A DNA stretch of 64,000 nucleotides from Octopus vulgaris (Eukaryota). Positions within the stretch are counted from its first letter, which is position 1; every line of letters begins with the position of its first letter. The translations under genes were made by a program, and so were the position numbers. Where the stretch lies: NCBI GenBank assembly GCA_951406725.2, contig OX597818.1, positions 25,420,001-25,484,000 of the forward strand, read 5' to 3'. The notes under the pieces were generated by a model that made no database searches, was not told where the DNA came from, and worked only from the letters and a program-made list of their open reading frames with translations. Shown piece after piece: positions 40,939 to 52,200 of the stretch.

Positions 40939-41983
40939 TATTTCATCGTATGTATATACACACACACACACATCCACAATTACATCTAGAGTAAATTCAC
41001 TTCAATATTACACTCAGTCCTTTCACACAACTTACCAAAACAAGTTCTGAGATAGGGTTAATTTTTTGTTTCAATTTTTAACATTGATCTTCATTTTCAC
41101 TTATTCTCAAAGTGAGGGGAAAGGGATAAGTTCTTAAGTCTTTTTTCCATACAGGGAAAGAAAAGAAAAAAAACCTATTTGGTGAGCTTTGATTTTTTAA
41201 GCATCAAGTTACTTCAGTTTTAAAACAGATAAGGAAAGACAAATGTCAGAGGAAGACAAACAACAACCAATAAAAAAAAAGATAAAAAGCTATGAAAACC
41301 AAAGATATCTGAAGAGGTTGTACAAATTTCCTACCAAATATAATAAAACTCAGTAATTAACATAATAGCTTACGCAAGGCCATATGAAAGACAGAACATC
41401 ACAAAGCAAAAACATTATGAATATGAAGAACCTAGAACATACAAAATAAAAAAGGCAAAATTTAAAAAAGAAGAATCATGCAAAAATATAGGTAAATAAT
41501 TGCCACATCATTATATCTATAACCACTATTCCATGCTTGCATAGGTCAAACAATTCAATGAAGCAGATTTTCTATGGCTGGATGCATATCCTGTCATCAA
41601 ACCACACCTGTTTGCAAGCATAGGTTTTCCTTATGGTGGGACATGTTTTCACAGGTAGTTGGAAACAAAGCACACCATTTTTATGATGATGACATTTACA
41701 ACCATCAGGTAATGTCAAGACAATGGAACACATGCACAATGAGCTTCTTTCAGTTTCTATCTCTTAAATCTAACCATAGGTGTTTGGTCAACCCAAGACT
41801 ATAGCTAATGACACTTGCCCAAGGTTGTTATACAGTAAGACCAAACCCAGAAACATGGTATATTCAGCAGTGACATTGGTTGGATTTTATATGATTAGTA
41901 AGTGAATGCATCATGTTTTGTGTGTACATACAAATACAAAGGCAAAAAGCAGCCAAATTCGAGGGCAATCACCAAAGGTTTTA

Positions 41984-42571
41984 CTGTAAAAACTCATGTA
42001 ATTTGCATACCTGTGTAATTTATGCAGGTGATTTTTAGGATATGTAAAATTCACACCCAAAAGTTTTCAGAATTGCCGGCCAGGGAGAAAAGGTTTTCAA
42101 TTTATTTGTATTTAGCATAATTTCACTTATGATTAGATATTATTAAACTTTATTTTACATTTCTTGTCAAGAGACTAAGTCTGATCTTTAGCATACTGTT
42201 GTATGCCTTCTCAAATCACTATCATAGGAAATCATCAACATCATTTAACCTCCACTTTCCATGCTGGCATGGGTTGGACTGTTTGACTGAGGAATGTGAT
42301 TACCAGCAATGTAATGGTTTTAGTAAATTTATAGAGAAAAAGGAAGCATTATACCACCCAACATAAATAAAGTCAGCTTCATTATATTTAAGCCCTTATT
42401 TTTTCTGTAAAAACCTACTCTGACATTAAATGAGTCAACTTTTGGTACAAATGTTTGTTTTGTAAATCTTTATGAAAAAAAAAGAAGAAAAAAAGGCCCC
42501 AAAAAATTTGTTCATGTAATTTACGTACTCCTAAATTTTATTTTTGTGTTAAATTACATGGCTTTTTATGG
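41984..42571. mobile_element. Tc1/mariner-superfamily MITE (TA TSD); partial inverted copy ~300-514
   Basis: TA-CTGTAAAAACTCATGTAATTT ... AAATTACATGGCTTTTTATGG-TA; internal sequence shared with 300-514. Confidence 0.7.
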
Positions 42572-43383
42572 TATATGTAAACTTAAGCAAATGGTATGGA
42601 GAAGAGAGGTAGTGATGCAATGGTTCCAAATGTTAACTAGCGCCAGTTTGGTACTTCCTAAATTTGTGTCTAGAGTGGATAATTTGGGATAGTATTGCAC
42701 AAGCTAAAAACTTTGATTTTCCAATATTGGCAAACCATGTAGAGAACAGGTTTCAGACAACTTGTAGGTGCAAAAAATAGCTTCAGTGTATTTAGTGCAG
42801 GTGTTGCAATGTTTTTAAAGGTGGAAAATACAAAAACACATGTTGTGTTTTCTCAAGTACCCATAGAAAGCGCATTAATTCATTTTGCAACTGACAAAGC
42901 TACAATTAAGCTGCTGATTATTCTTACTACTTTGTTACAAAAGTATATATGTTGCACGAAGGATAACAATGTACCAAGCCACTGTGGCACAGTTATCTGC
43001 ATGCGCACAGATATATGTGGAGCCTGCAAGTCACAACAGGTCACCCAAAGACAGCAACCTCAATTAAACAGTAATACAGGGTAGTGTTATTACAAGAAAA
43101 TATACCCAGCGCAAAATGTAAAACAAAGCCAGCAGGTTTTGTGCTATATGCAAGATGATGCAAGCAATGAAACTTGCTCAACCCATGTAAGAATGGAAAC
43201 TTAAGCATAAAACTAATTCCTTACAAAACATCTTGAAGTGTCAGTCTGTGCTTAACTCAAAACCAACAGCAAACTTTAAAGATGCAGAAATTGTAAGTAG
43301 CATGTTTATCCAACATGGGAAAGTGGTAATATTCATAAATATCAACAGTAATGCAATCCCATTAGAATGTAAGTTAAGTTTTA

Positions 43384-44560
43384 TGAGGGTGGGCCGAAAA
43401 GTACATAGGCTGACTATAAAGGAGTGATGATGAAGCTATAAAATCTTACAAGCATTAATTTCAACCGTCTTATTAATAACTGCAGTTTCCTTCCAGATCA
43501 GTGCTTTTCAACAATTTTGCTGGAGCGGAACCCCAAGGAAACATTCCACTGGCTCAAGGAACCCCTGTGCAATAATTTAATAGTCTTATGCACACATATC
43601 TGCACAGGAGAATTTAAAATTACTGCCGATTTTAGCAGTTTTGTAACTTCTTGCGGAACCCCGGTTGAAAACCACTGTTCCAGATAAACAGTTGTAAAAA
43701 GAAGTCTTCAAAAGTAACTAGTAGTGACTTCTCTTGAAAATGAATAAAATGTGACACCGTGGTGTTATCAAGTACCTGCAGAAAAAGGACATTTGTGCCA
43801 ACATGATTGCTACATCAGGGGATAATGCTCCAGCTTTATCAACAGTGCAAAAGTAGGCAGGTGAATTTAGGGGGTACAGGGAAAATCTTGAAGATGACCT
43901 AAGGTTTGGACATTCTGCAACTGCCACCACATGATGATAGATGACAGGCAATTGACAATAAATCAAACAGCCAATCTATTAGCATTTCTTGTGAGTTGAG
44001 ATAATAAACAACCCTACTTGGTAGTTGCCATGTCTTTTGACAATTATTCAAGACTGTTTCAAGCAGATCCAGGATGTGTTGGCCTCTTTACTTTGAACCA
44101 GAGACAATCCATGCAGTGGAAACACCCCCTCCCATCTGCCCCAAAAGGCCAGTCATTCCACCTGCAGGGGTGTTGGGCTTCAGTTTTTTGGGATGCAAAA
44201 GGCATTGTGCTTATTGACTATCTTCAAAAGGGCCACACCATCAAAAGAGTATTATGCCAACTTGTTGCAGCAGTAATGGAAGGTCATCAAGACCAAATGC
44301 CCAGGAAAATTGAACAAAGGGTTCTTGTATCATCAGGACAATGCTCCATCACACAAATCCTTGGTTTCAATGGCTGTTGTGCATAACTGCAGCTTTGAAC
44401 AGGTTGACCACTCCCCCTATTTTGATTTGGTCCCATCTGACTACCACCTGTTACCCAACATGAAAAAACACTGGGAACCAGTATCAGTGATATGTCTACT
44501 GTTGATGACTTTTTTGACTGACAGGATGAAAACTTCATGAACGGTATCCAAGCACAAATT
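43384..44560 (+). mobile_element. Degraded mariner transposon
   Basis: QSMQWKH, SVFWDAKGIVLIDYLQKG, HQDNAPSH and HSPYFDLVPSDY (from HPPYSPDLAPSDY) motifs. Confidence 0.85.
43499..43677. mobile_element. hAT MITE nested in the mariner
   Basis: CAGTGCTTTTCAAC...GTTGAAAACCACTG TIRs; perfect 8-bp TSD TTCCAGAT (43491-43498, 43678-43685). Confidence 0.88.
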
Positions 44561-44747
44561 TCAAGACTATTTTTAAAAAATTGAAGTTACTAACAAATAT
44601 TGATACTCTTCTTGAGCCTGATTAATTCAAAACAATGTCAGAGCATTGCATTTGACAAAGTAAGCTTAATGCCAAAGGGCTAAAGAAATGGAAATTGTGC
44701 TTAGACCAACTCAAGCATGTTGGTGATTCTCTTCACTTTCAGTTTTC

Positions 44748-45014
44748 AGCATTCTTTCGATATAACCTGGCAAAGTCAAAACATTTCACTTCAGGTATTT
44801 CTATGGTATACAGTTCGATTCTGTTTTCTGCTTGGAAATTTGCAGATTTTACATAACACACATGAAACAGGTAAGAACAAATATGCAAGGCTTTTTTTCA
44901 AGTTTAAAATGAGAGACATTGCTGGCATAATTTCATTATATCTATACTCCACAACCCACGGAAATACCCAAAGTGAAATGCTTTGATTTTGTCGAGTTAT
45001 ATCGAAAGAATGCC
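44748..45014. mobile_element. MITE M1 (GGCATTC...GAATGCC TIRs, 8-bp TSD; Merlin-like)
   Basis: Long imperfect TIRs; TSD CAGTTTTC at 44740-44747 and 45015-45022. Confidence 0.85.
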
Positions 45015-45053
45015 CAGTTTTCTGTTGGCCATAAATCTCTTAACACCTAATTA

Positions 45054-45132
45054 CAGGACATCAGCTCTCCAAGGTGATTGGACCTATCATTGAGAAACAT
45101 AAGGTACCAAGTTGTTGTCATCATATGTCCTG
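45054..45132 (-). ncRNA. SNORD55: C/D-box snoRNA, SNORD55/U55(U39)-like, copy 1
   Basis: CAGGACA-t-ATGATGA(C box)CAAC...TCACCTTGGAGAG-CTGA(D box)-TGTCCTG. 7-bp terminal stem; 12-nt guide complementary to conserved 28S UCUCCAAGGUGA; sense strand in the RPS14 intron. Family name is from recalled similarity (ATGATGACAAC...ACCTTGGAGAGCTGA). Confidence 0.85.
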
Positions 45133-45352
45133 ATGCATGGCCTTCAATAAATATCTAGACAAAATAGTTTAAAAAATACTATGCAACCAAATGATACAAA
45201 CTCAATGTTCGTAAACTATTAAAGCAACCTATATAGACTTGAGTGTCAACTTTTACACTCGCATAATTTCGTTTCGTTGGGATGACTTTTTACAGAACTA
45301 TTATCAGTGCATACACACAACTAGCAAAGTCGACAGGGAAATGTAGAATTAA

Positions 45353-45651
45353 CCCTTTCATTACCAAACCGCCTGAAAAAAATTTTGGTTCATGTGACCA
45401 AGCCCCCTCCCCCCAACCGTCCATAATCACCTATTCATATTTAACCCTTTAGCATTCAGATTATTCTGTAAAATGTAAAGCTTATGTATTCACACCATGT
45501 AAAATTAATCTTGCATCATTTCATGGCTTTGAGATTTCAATGATGTGATTATTTTTAAAATGACACAATAAGGTAGCTATGAATGACCATATCTGACTAG
45601 TTTGAACATAAAATAGGTAGAATATTTTGGCCGGTTTAAACACTAAAAGGG
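45353..45651. mobile_element. TTAA-specific (piggyBac-type) non-autonomous element; duplicate at ~48732-49033
   Basis: TTAA-CCCTTT...AAAGGG-TTAA; the empty TTAA site is visible in the third repeat unit (49628-49631). Confidence 0.8.
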
Positions 45652-45656
45652 TTAAG

Positions 45657-45911
45657 GGCATTCTTTCGATATAACGTGACAAAAAACATTTTACTTCAGG
45701 TATTTCCGTGGAAGCAAATAACAGTTCGATTCTGTTTTCTGCTTGGAATGCAGATCTTATATACACACAATACAGGTAAGAACAAATATGCAAGGCTTTT
45801 TTAAAATGAGAGACATTGCTGGCATAATTTCATTATATCTATACTTCACAACCCACGGAAATACCCAAAGTGAAATGCTTTGATTTTGTCGAGTTATATC
45901 GAAAGAATGCC
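45657..45911. mobile_element. MITE M2 (chimeric M4/M1 copy)
   Basis: Left flank GAATTAAG (split by a TTAA element), right flank CAGTTTTC. Confidence 0.85.
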
Positions 45912-45950
45912 CAGTTTTCTGTTGGCCATAAATCTCTTAACACCTAATTA

Positions 45951-46029
45951 CAGGACATCAGCTCTCCAAGGTGATTGGACCTATCATTGAGAAACATAAG
46001 GTACCAAGTTGTTGTCATCATATGTCCTG
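45951..46029 (-). ncRNA. SNORD55: SNORD55-like snoRNA, copy 2
   Basis: Appears identical to copy 1 (offset 897 nt). Confidence 0.85.
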
Positions 46030-46186
46030 ATGCATGGCCTTCAATAAATATCTAGACAAAATAGTTTAAAAAATACTATGCAACCAAATGATACAAACTC
46101 AATGTTGGCAAACTATTAAAGCAACCTACATAGACTTGAGTGTCAACTTTTACACTCGCATAATTTCATTTCGTTGGGATGACTTA

Positions 46187-48656
46187 GTTAGTTAGTTAGT
46201 TAATTTGGCTCATAAGCAAATAGCAAGGCCATGTAGGGGGACATGGAGTTAAGTACAGGGTGGTGTTCATGTAAAGAGTTCAGGCCACTTGAGGTCCAGG
46301 GAGGCTTTGAACAAAGCGGTCGTCGGCATCTTCACCATCTCGTCTGGCAGCTTGTTCCACGGATCCGCAACCCGGACGGAGAAAGCTCCTCTCCTTCGAT
46401 TGAGATGAAATCGTCGCAGGTAGAGCTTTTCGGAATGACCCCGCAGCAGGAGTGAAGAACAGCTCTTTCGAGAGGTTACACTTCCCGCTTATGATGTTGT
46501 GGGCGAGAATGAGATCACCACGGCGGCGGCGTTTTTCAAGAGAACAAAGGTCGAGCGTCCTCAGCCTTTCTTCGTAGGACAAATTTTTGAGACCATGAAC
46601 CATGCGGGTAGCCAGCCTCTGGACTCTTTCGAGGTGCTGTATGTCTTTGAGGAGATAAGGAGAAGAGGCTTGAATCCCATACTCCAATATGGGTCTCACC
46701 AGCGTGACATAGAGTGGCAGGAATATGGCTGCTGTGAGCATTCCGAATGAACGTCGAATCAAAAACAGAATTCCGCGCGCTTTGTTGGCAGCATGGACGC
46801 ACTGGGCCGAAGGCGAAAAGGAGGAATCCACCAAGATACCCAGGTCCTTTACCTGATCGGTCCTCTCCAGCAGCAGACGACCCGGCTCGAAATCAAGTTG
46901 AGTTGCAGGAGTAGAGCCGACAGGCAGATGACAGCACTTTGATACGTTCAGACACAGGTCCCAATTGTTAGACCACTTCCAAATTTGGTGGAGGCATCGA
47001 CGAAGATCCTCTATACTACCGCGAGGAGCGACCAGTTTGATATCGTCGGCAAATAGAAGGGTGTGTTGCGTGAGGTCGTCGGGCAAGTCATTTATGAAGA
47101 CTAAGAACAACAAGGCCCAAGCACTGAACCTTGAGGCACGCCACTGCTCGCACTGGAGACGTCGGACCGCGAACCATTAACTTGAACTTGGAAGGAGCGA
47201 TCTGAGAGGAAGGCACCAACCCATCGTACAATATCCGGATGGAAACTATATGCTTGAAGCTTGACAAGTAGTAGGCGGTGGTTTACCGAGTCAAAAGCTT
47301 TGGCAAAGTCCAATAAAACGATGTCAACAGTATCACTATCATCGAGGATGCGCGTCACCAATTCTTCCATTACTAGTAAGTTGGTCAAGCATGATCTCTT
47401 CGGCACGAAGCCGTGTTGGGAATCAGTGATCGAGGCTGTGTTTAGGAGGTGGAGCATCATACTTTTCTTAAGGATGGTTTCGAACATCCTGCTGATTATT
47501 GATGTAAGGGAAACCAGTCGGTAGTTAAGCGGGTCTTCGCGGCTCCCTTTCTTGAAAATTGGGCAGATTATCGCTGTTCTCCAGTCTGCAGGTATAACAC
47601 CCGTCGCCAACGACATATTGAATAGTCGTGTTAAGGGCTCGCAGATGACCGGAGCCAACGCTTTGATAACCCGTGGGTGTATGCCGTCAGGGCCGTGACC
47701 CTTGTTGACATCGAGGCCTTGAATAACACGCTTGACTTGGTCCCGCGTGATGATCAATCGAAGCATTGGAGGTACCGATCTATCAAATGGAGGGGGTTCA
47801 CGACCATCATCTGGTTTGAAAATAGTTGAAAAAGCCTCGGCAAATAATTGACTCTGTTGATAAGGGTCCTCAATCGATACGCCTGTTGAGTCTACCAACG
47901 TTGCAATCTGGTTGTTCAAGCGGGAATTCCGCTGGACATGGGCAAAGAAGGTTTTTGGATTGCTACTGGCATTTGCCGCGATTTTGTATTCATAACTGAA
48001 GCGTTCTTTCTTTTCAATTTTCAAGGCTCGGTCTCGTTGAGTTTTGTACACCTCAAAAGCTGCAGTCGAATCCAGCCCAAGCAATATCTCTGAGTCGACG
48101 TTCTCGTTCAACCTTCTTCGTCACCCAGGGCTTGTGTTTCTTCCTCTTGGGAAGTCCAACGGGAACTGCCTGGTCAGTCAAACAGATTACATATGCTTTG
48201 AGGGATGACCATAGTTCGTCAACTGAGGACAACGTCATCAGGGAACGCCAGTCCAGAAGCGCAGAAGCCTCGGTTAGAATTTCAAGATTAATTGCAGAGA
48301 AGACTCTACGTGGCAGCGAAGTAATCGTGGGCGTGGAAAAAGTTGTGTGCATGACGAACTTCAGGACCGCATGATCACTCTTGGCAAGAGGGGCGCACAC
48401 AGATACGTCTGACACTGATCTTGGATAGCGGGAGAATACCAGATCTAGCATAGATGGCTGCTGCCCAGACCGATATTCAACATGTTGCAATAGAAAACAA
48501 TCTTCAGCCACGTCAAGAAGGGCCTGGCCGAACCGGGAAGATGTTGTACAAATTGATGCGGGCCAATCGATCGTGGGAGCGTTGAAGTCGCCTAGTACCA
48601 AGCAGTCATGCGAAGCTGAAACGAATCTTATCGCTTCGAGTAGATGAGCATATATT
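46187..48656 (-). mobile_element. CR1-clade LINE, 5'-truncated, frameshifted ORF2 (APE end + RT)
   Basis: VLGDFNAP, LDLVF, KGHGPDGIHP, QHGFVPKRSCLTNLL, LDFAKAFDSVNH, GVPQGSVLGP, LFADDIKL, LERVQRLATR across ORFs 48053-48601, 47101-48111 and 46280-47113; (TAAC)n tail; TSD GATGACTT(A) at 46178 and 48657. Confidence 0.93.
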
Positions 48657-49038
48657 GATGACTTATATTTATGGAACTATTATTAATGCACACACACGAA
48701 TAGAAAAGTCGACAAGGAAATGTAGAATTAACCCTTTCATTACCAAACCGCCTGAAAAAAATTTTGGTTCATGTGACCAGCCCCCCCCCCCACACCAACC
48801 GTCCATAATCACCTATTCATATTTAACCCTTTAGCATTCAGATTATTCTGTAAAATGTAAAGCTTATGTATTCACACCATGTAAAATTAATCTTGCATCA
48901 TTTCATGGCTTTGAGATTTCAATGATGTGATTATTTTTAAAATGACACAATAAGGTAGCTATGAATGACCATATCTGACTAGTTTGAACATAAAATAGGT
49001 AGAATATTTTGGCCGGTTTAAACACTAAAAGGGTTATG

Positions 49039-49293
49039 GGCATTCTTTCGATATAACGTGACAAAAAACATTTTACTTCAGGTATTTCCGTGGAAGCAAA
49101 TAACAGTTCGATTCTGTTTTCTGCTTGGAATGCAGATCTTATATACACACAATACAGGTAAGAACAAATATGCAAGGCTTTTTTAAAATGAGAGACATTG
49201 CTGGCATAATTTCATTATATCTATACTTCACAACCCACGGAAATACCCAAAGTGAAATGCTTTGATTTTGTCGAGTTATATCGAAAGAATGCC
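49039..49293. mobile_element. MITE M3 (duplicate of M2)
   Basis: Near-identical to M2, same hybrid flanks. Confidence 0.85.
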
Positions 49294-49332
49294 CAGTTTT
49301 CTGTTGGCCATAAATCTCTTAACACCTAATTA

Positions 49333-49411
49333 CAGGACATCAGCTCTCCAAGGTGATTGGACCTATCATTGAGAAACATAAGGTACCAAGTTGTTGTCAT
49401 CATATGTCCTG
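49333..49411 (-). ncRNA. SNORD55: SNORD55-like snoRNA, copy 3
   Basis: Appears identical to copy 1. Confidence 0.85.
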
Positions 49412-49632
49412 ATGCATGGCCTTCAATAAATATCTAGACAAAATAGTTTAAAAAATACTATGCAACCAAATGATACAAACTCAATGTTCGTAAACTATTA
49501 AAGCAACCTATATAGACTTGAGTGTCAACTTTTACACTCGCATAATTTCGTTTCGTTGGGATGACTTTTTACAGAACTATTATCAGTGCATACACACAAC
49601 TAGCAAAGTCGACAGGGAAATGTAGAATTAAG

Positions 49633-49903
49633 GGCATTCTTTTGATATAACTCGACAAAATCAAAACATTTCACTTCGGGTATTTCCATGGAAGCAAACA
49701 ACAGTTCGATTGTTTTCTGCTTGGAAATTTGCAGATTTTACATACACACATGAAATAGGTAAGAACAAATATGCAAGGCTTTTATTCTTCAAGTTTAAAA
49801 TGAGACATTGATGGCATAATTTCATTATATCTATACTCCACAACCCATGGAAATACCCGAAGTGAAATGTTTTAATTTCGTCAAGTTATATCAAAAGAAT
49901 GTC
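49633..49903. mobile_element. MITE M4
   Basis: TSD GAATTAAG at 49625-49632 and 49904-49911. Confidence 0.85.
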
Positions 49904-51137
49904 GAATTAAGGTTCAAGGTTTCTATAAACCCCTTTACTACTTTTTCTGTTGAAATAAACTTTCTTTGCTTTAATTCAATGAAGAAAAAAAGTCATTAAA
50001 CTGATGTTTGGAACATTATTAAACATGAAATTTTGAAAGATAATTTAAATTACATAAAAAAACAGAAAGTTTGTGTCATATAACCAGTCTCGGCTGCTAA
50101 GTAAAAAGAGTTAAATTATCCTCTTTCTATTCAAATGACAAATTAAATCGTGAAAAATTATAGCTAACTCAAAATCAAGAACCCATTTAGATGTGAAATT
50201 ACACAAAAGCCATTAAAATATCACCGAGACAACTGTTCAAATCAACATAAAACGGTCCAGCTTATTTTGGCTTTTGAGCACTGGTCCCAAATTATGATAC
50301 CAACCCAGCCAAAACCGCCTCTGCCTCTGTAGTACAAATGTCTTGTTTTCATAAGTATTGAATTAAAATCTTTCACCAAACCTTTGTCACAATTTATGTT
50401 CCTAACACTAGCTTAATGATAACTAAGTTCTTTTATTAAATTCTTTGTTCTATTTAAAATTAATTGAATGAAACAGAGCATCTCAAAATAAATACGGTAA
50501 CGAAAGGGTTAAGAAAACCTGACCACAACCAAATGGATAGACTGCACATGACTCAACAGACTGACTTGATATAACTCATGATATATAAATAAGTAATCAC
50601 TTTACCCAGTTTATCAAATCCCTGAGAAATTTCTGAATTCAAAAGGTATTAAACAATCACATTTTCAATTCTGTTGCTAATATGAAGTGTGGATGTACCA
50701 CTACAAATTCTCCGCGTTTTTACCCATGACGACATCAGCAAGTATTGTGATTCTTTAGGCCTTCCCTACTCTCAACAGGTTGGAAGCCATGAATTACCAA
50801 CGAGATCTTTTTTTCGCTCTCCTTTAAGAATTCACTGTATCACCAGTGTTAATGTTATCAGCCATACGCTATTTCAGGTTAGACTTCAAGGAAAAAGGTT
50901 ATGGAAGTGGTGATTGATGGCTGACACGGCTTTATTGTAAATTTTGGGATGGTTCGCGATATAATTGTGCACACGCACAAAAACCAAAAGTATTCGGACC
51001 ATGAAGGTTTGAAAATTCAGTTTCGAAATATCATCTTCTGAATACGTAAGTATTATTCTGGGATTTAAAATCACGAAGATTCCAAAAATGAGGCCTCCGA
51101 AATGTATTTTCTCGTTATAAACTTAGGAATTCAAAAG

Positions 51138-51202
51138 AAGACATCAGCTCTCCAAGACATCGCAAAACACAAGGTATCAAGGTTGTTGTCATCACATATC
51201 TT
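51138..51202 (-). ncRNA. SNORD55: SNORD55-like snoRNA, divergent short paralogue (copy 4)
   Basis: AAGATA-t-GTGATGA CAACAACCTTGATACCTTGTGTTTTGCGATGTCTTGGAGAG CTGA-TGTCTT; boxes and terminal stem intact; ~60 nt downstream of the exon donor. Confidence 0.78.
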
Positions 51203-51262
51203 GATTTACAAGCACTAACAATATCTTGACGTAAAAAATATATATACAAAGAAATCACTTAC

Positions 51263-51411
51263 TTGCCTGAAAGGTCAGTAACATGCACAAATGTATCATT
51301 GAAACTAGCAAAAATGTGGGCTACGCCGAAAACATTCTCTCCTTCCAGCACTTGTGGGCCGAGCGATACTTGCTCTTGCTGCTGTTGCGTCTTTCCTTTA
51401 CGTGGAGCCAT
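51263..51411 (-). CDS. RPS14: RPS14 first coding exon
   Basis: [49 protein letters not shown](K). Acceptor lies 1 nt before the ATG. The four exons sum to 456 nt = 151 aa + stop. Confidence 0.98.
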
Positions 51412-52055
51412 TCTGAAAGCAGATTTCATTACAATAAGGCGGGTGTTAGGAAACAGAAATAATAAACATTTGCATTGAATAAGGGATAACCAAATCAGAG
51501 TATTAGTTTCTCAATAAATTTCCCGATGATGTGTTTCACATACTGGTGAATATACAGTTCACCAACAGAATTACAAAACATGTGGAACAAAGATTGACTT
51601 AATCTAACATCAGTTTTGATTAGCACAAAATAGAATATTAATATCTGGCGGGCAATTCCCTCGGTATATTTCATTAGTAGACACCCTATAACACTGGCGA
51701 GTTAAATGGACATAAAGTTGTTTAAAAATATGCCTTATCTTCAAAAACTAAGTTAAATTTCAAATCACACGATAAAAAATACCATCACAACTTAAAATTT
51801 ACATAACACTATAATACACTAAAGGTTAAAATAAATCTAAATAACCAAGAACGTGTAGAAATAAAATCAATTTAAAATTAGACCATCATGTGTTTGGAGC
51901 AAAAAAACAACAATTTCTAGCAGTGAGATACGCAAAAGTACTTTATTCAGTGAGCAATTAGTTACAGTGTATATTAAAAATATAATTTATAATTTAAATG
52001 TGTTAAATAAAATAAGATGAAAGCAGATTAAATACAGCAAACAAAAAACACATAC

Positions 52056-52088
52056 CTTATACCAATATGACTAAGACTCAAAAGGAAG
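52056..52088 (-). promoter_or_regulatory. RPS14: RPS14 non-coding exon 1 with TCT/5'-TOP start
   Basis: Minus strand reads CTTCCTTTTGAGTCTTAGTCATATTGGTATAAG/GTATGT: polypyrimidine initiator typical of ribosomal protein genes followed by a donor site. Confidence 0.8.
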
Positions 52089-52200
52089 TAGTAGATGAGA
52101 ACGAGAACTTACGAGGTCCTGTAAATCTCGTCAGAAAGTGAGATTTTGTCATCTTCCGGTTTGATGAGAAAAAAAAGGTGGGTTGGGGATAGTAGAAGTA
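52089..52200. promoter_or_regulatory. Putative bidirectional promoter RPS14/ZSWIM8 with ETS-type site (CTTCCGG, ~52153-52159)
   Basis: CpG-containing, TE-free segment between divergent genes; CCGGAAG on the minus strand. Confidence 0.55.

Larger units (their letters stand above)
44748..49903. repeat. Tandem triplication of a MITE+snoRNA unit (~0.9 kb period) interrupted by a CR1 LINE
   Basis: Order M1-A1-P-M2-A2[LINE]-P-M3-A3-M4; blocks near-identical. Confidence 0.9.

Noticed and set aside
45521-45793. Duplicated 90-aa ORF (also 48903-49175)
   Set aside because: Spans the junction of two MITEs; its identity comes from the tandem duplication.
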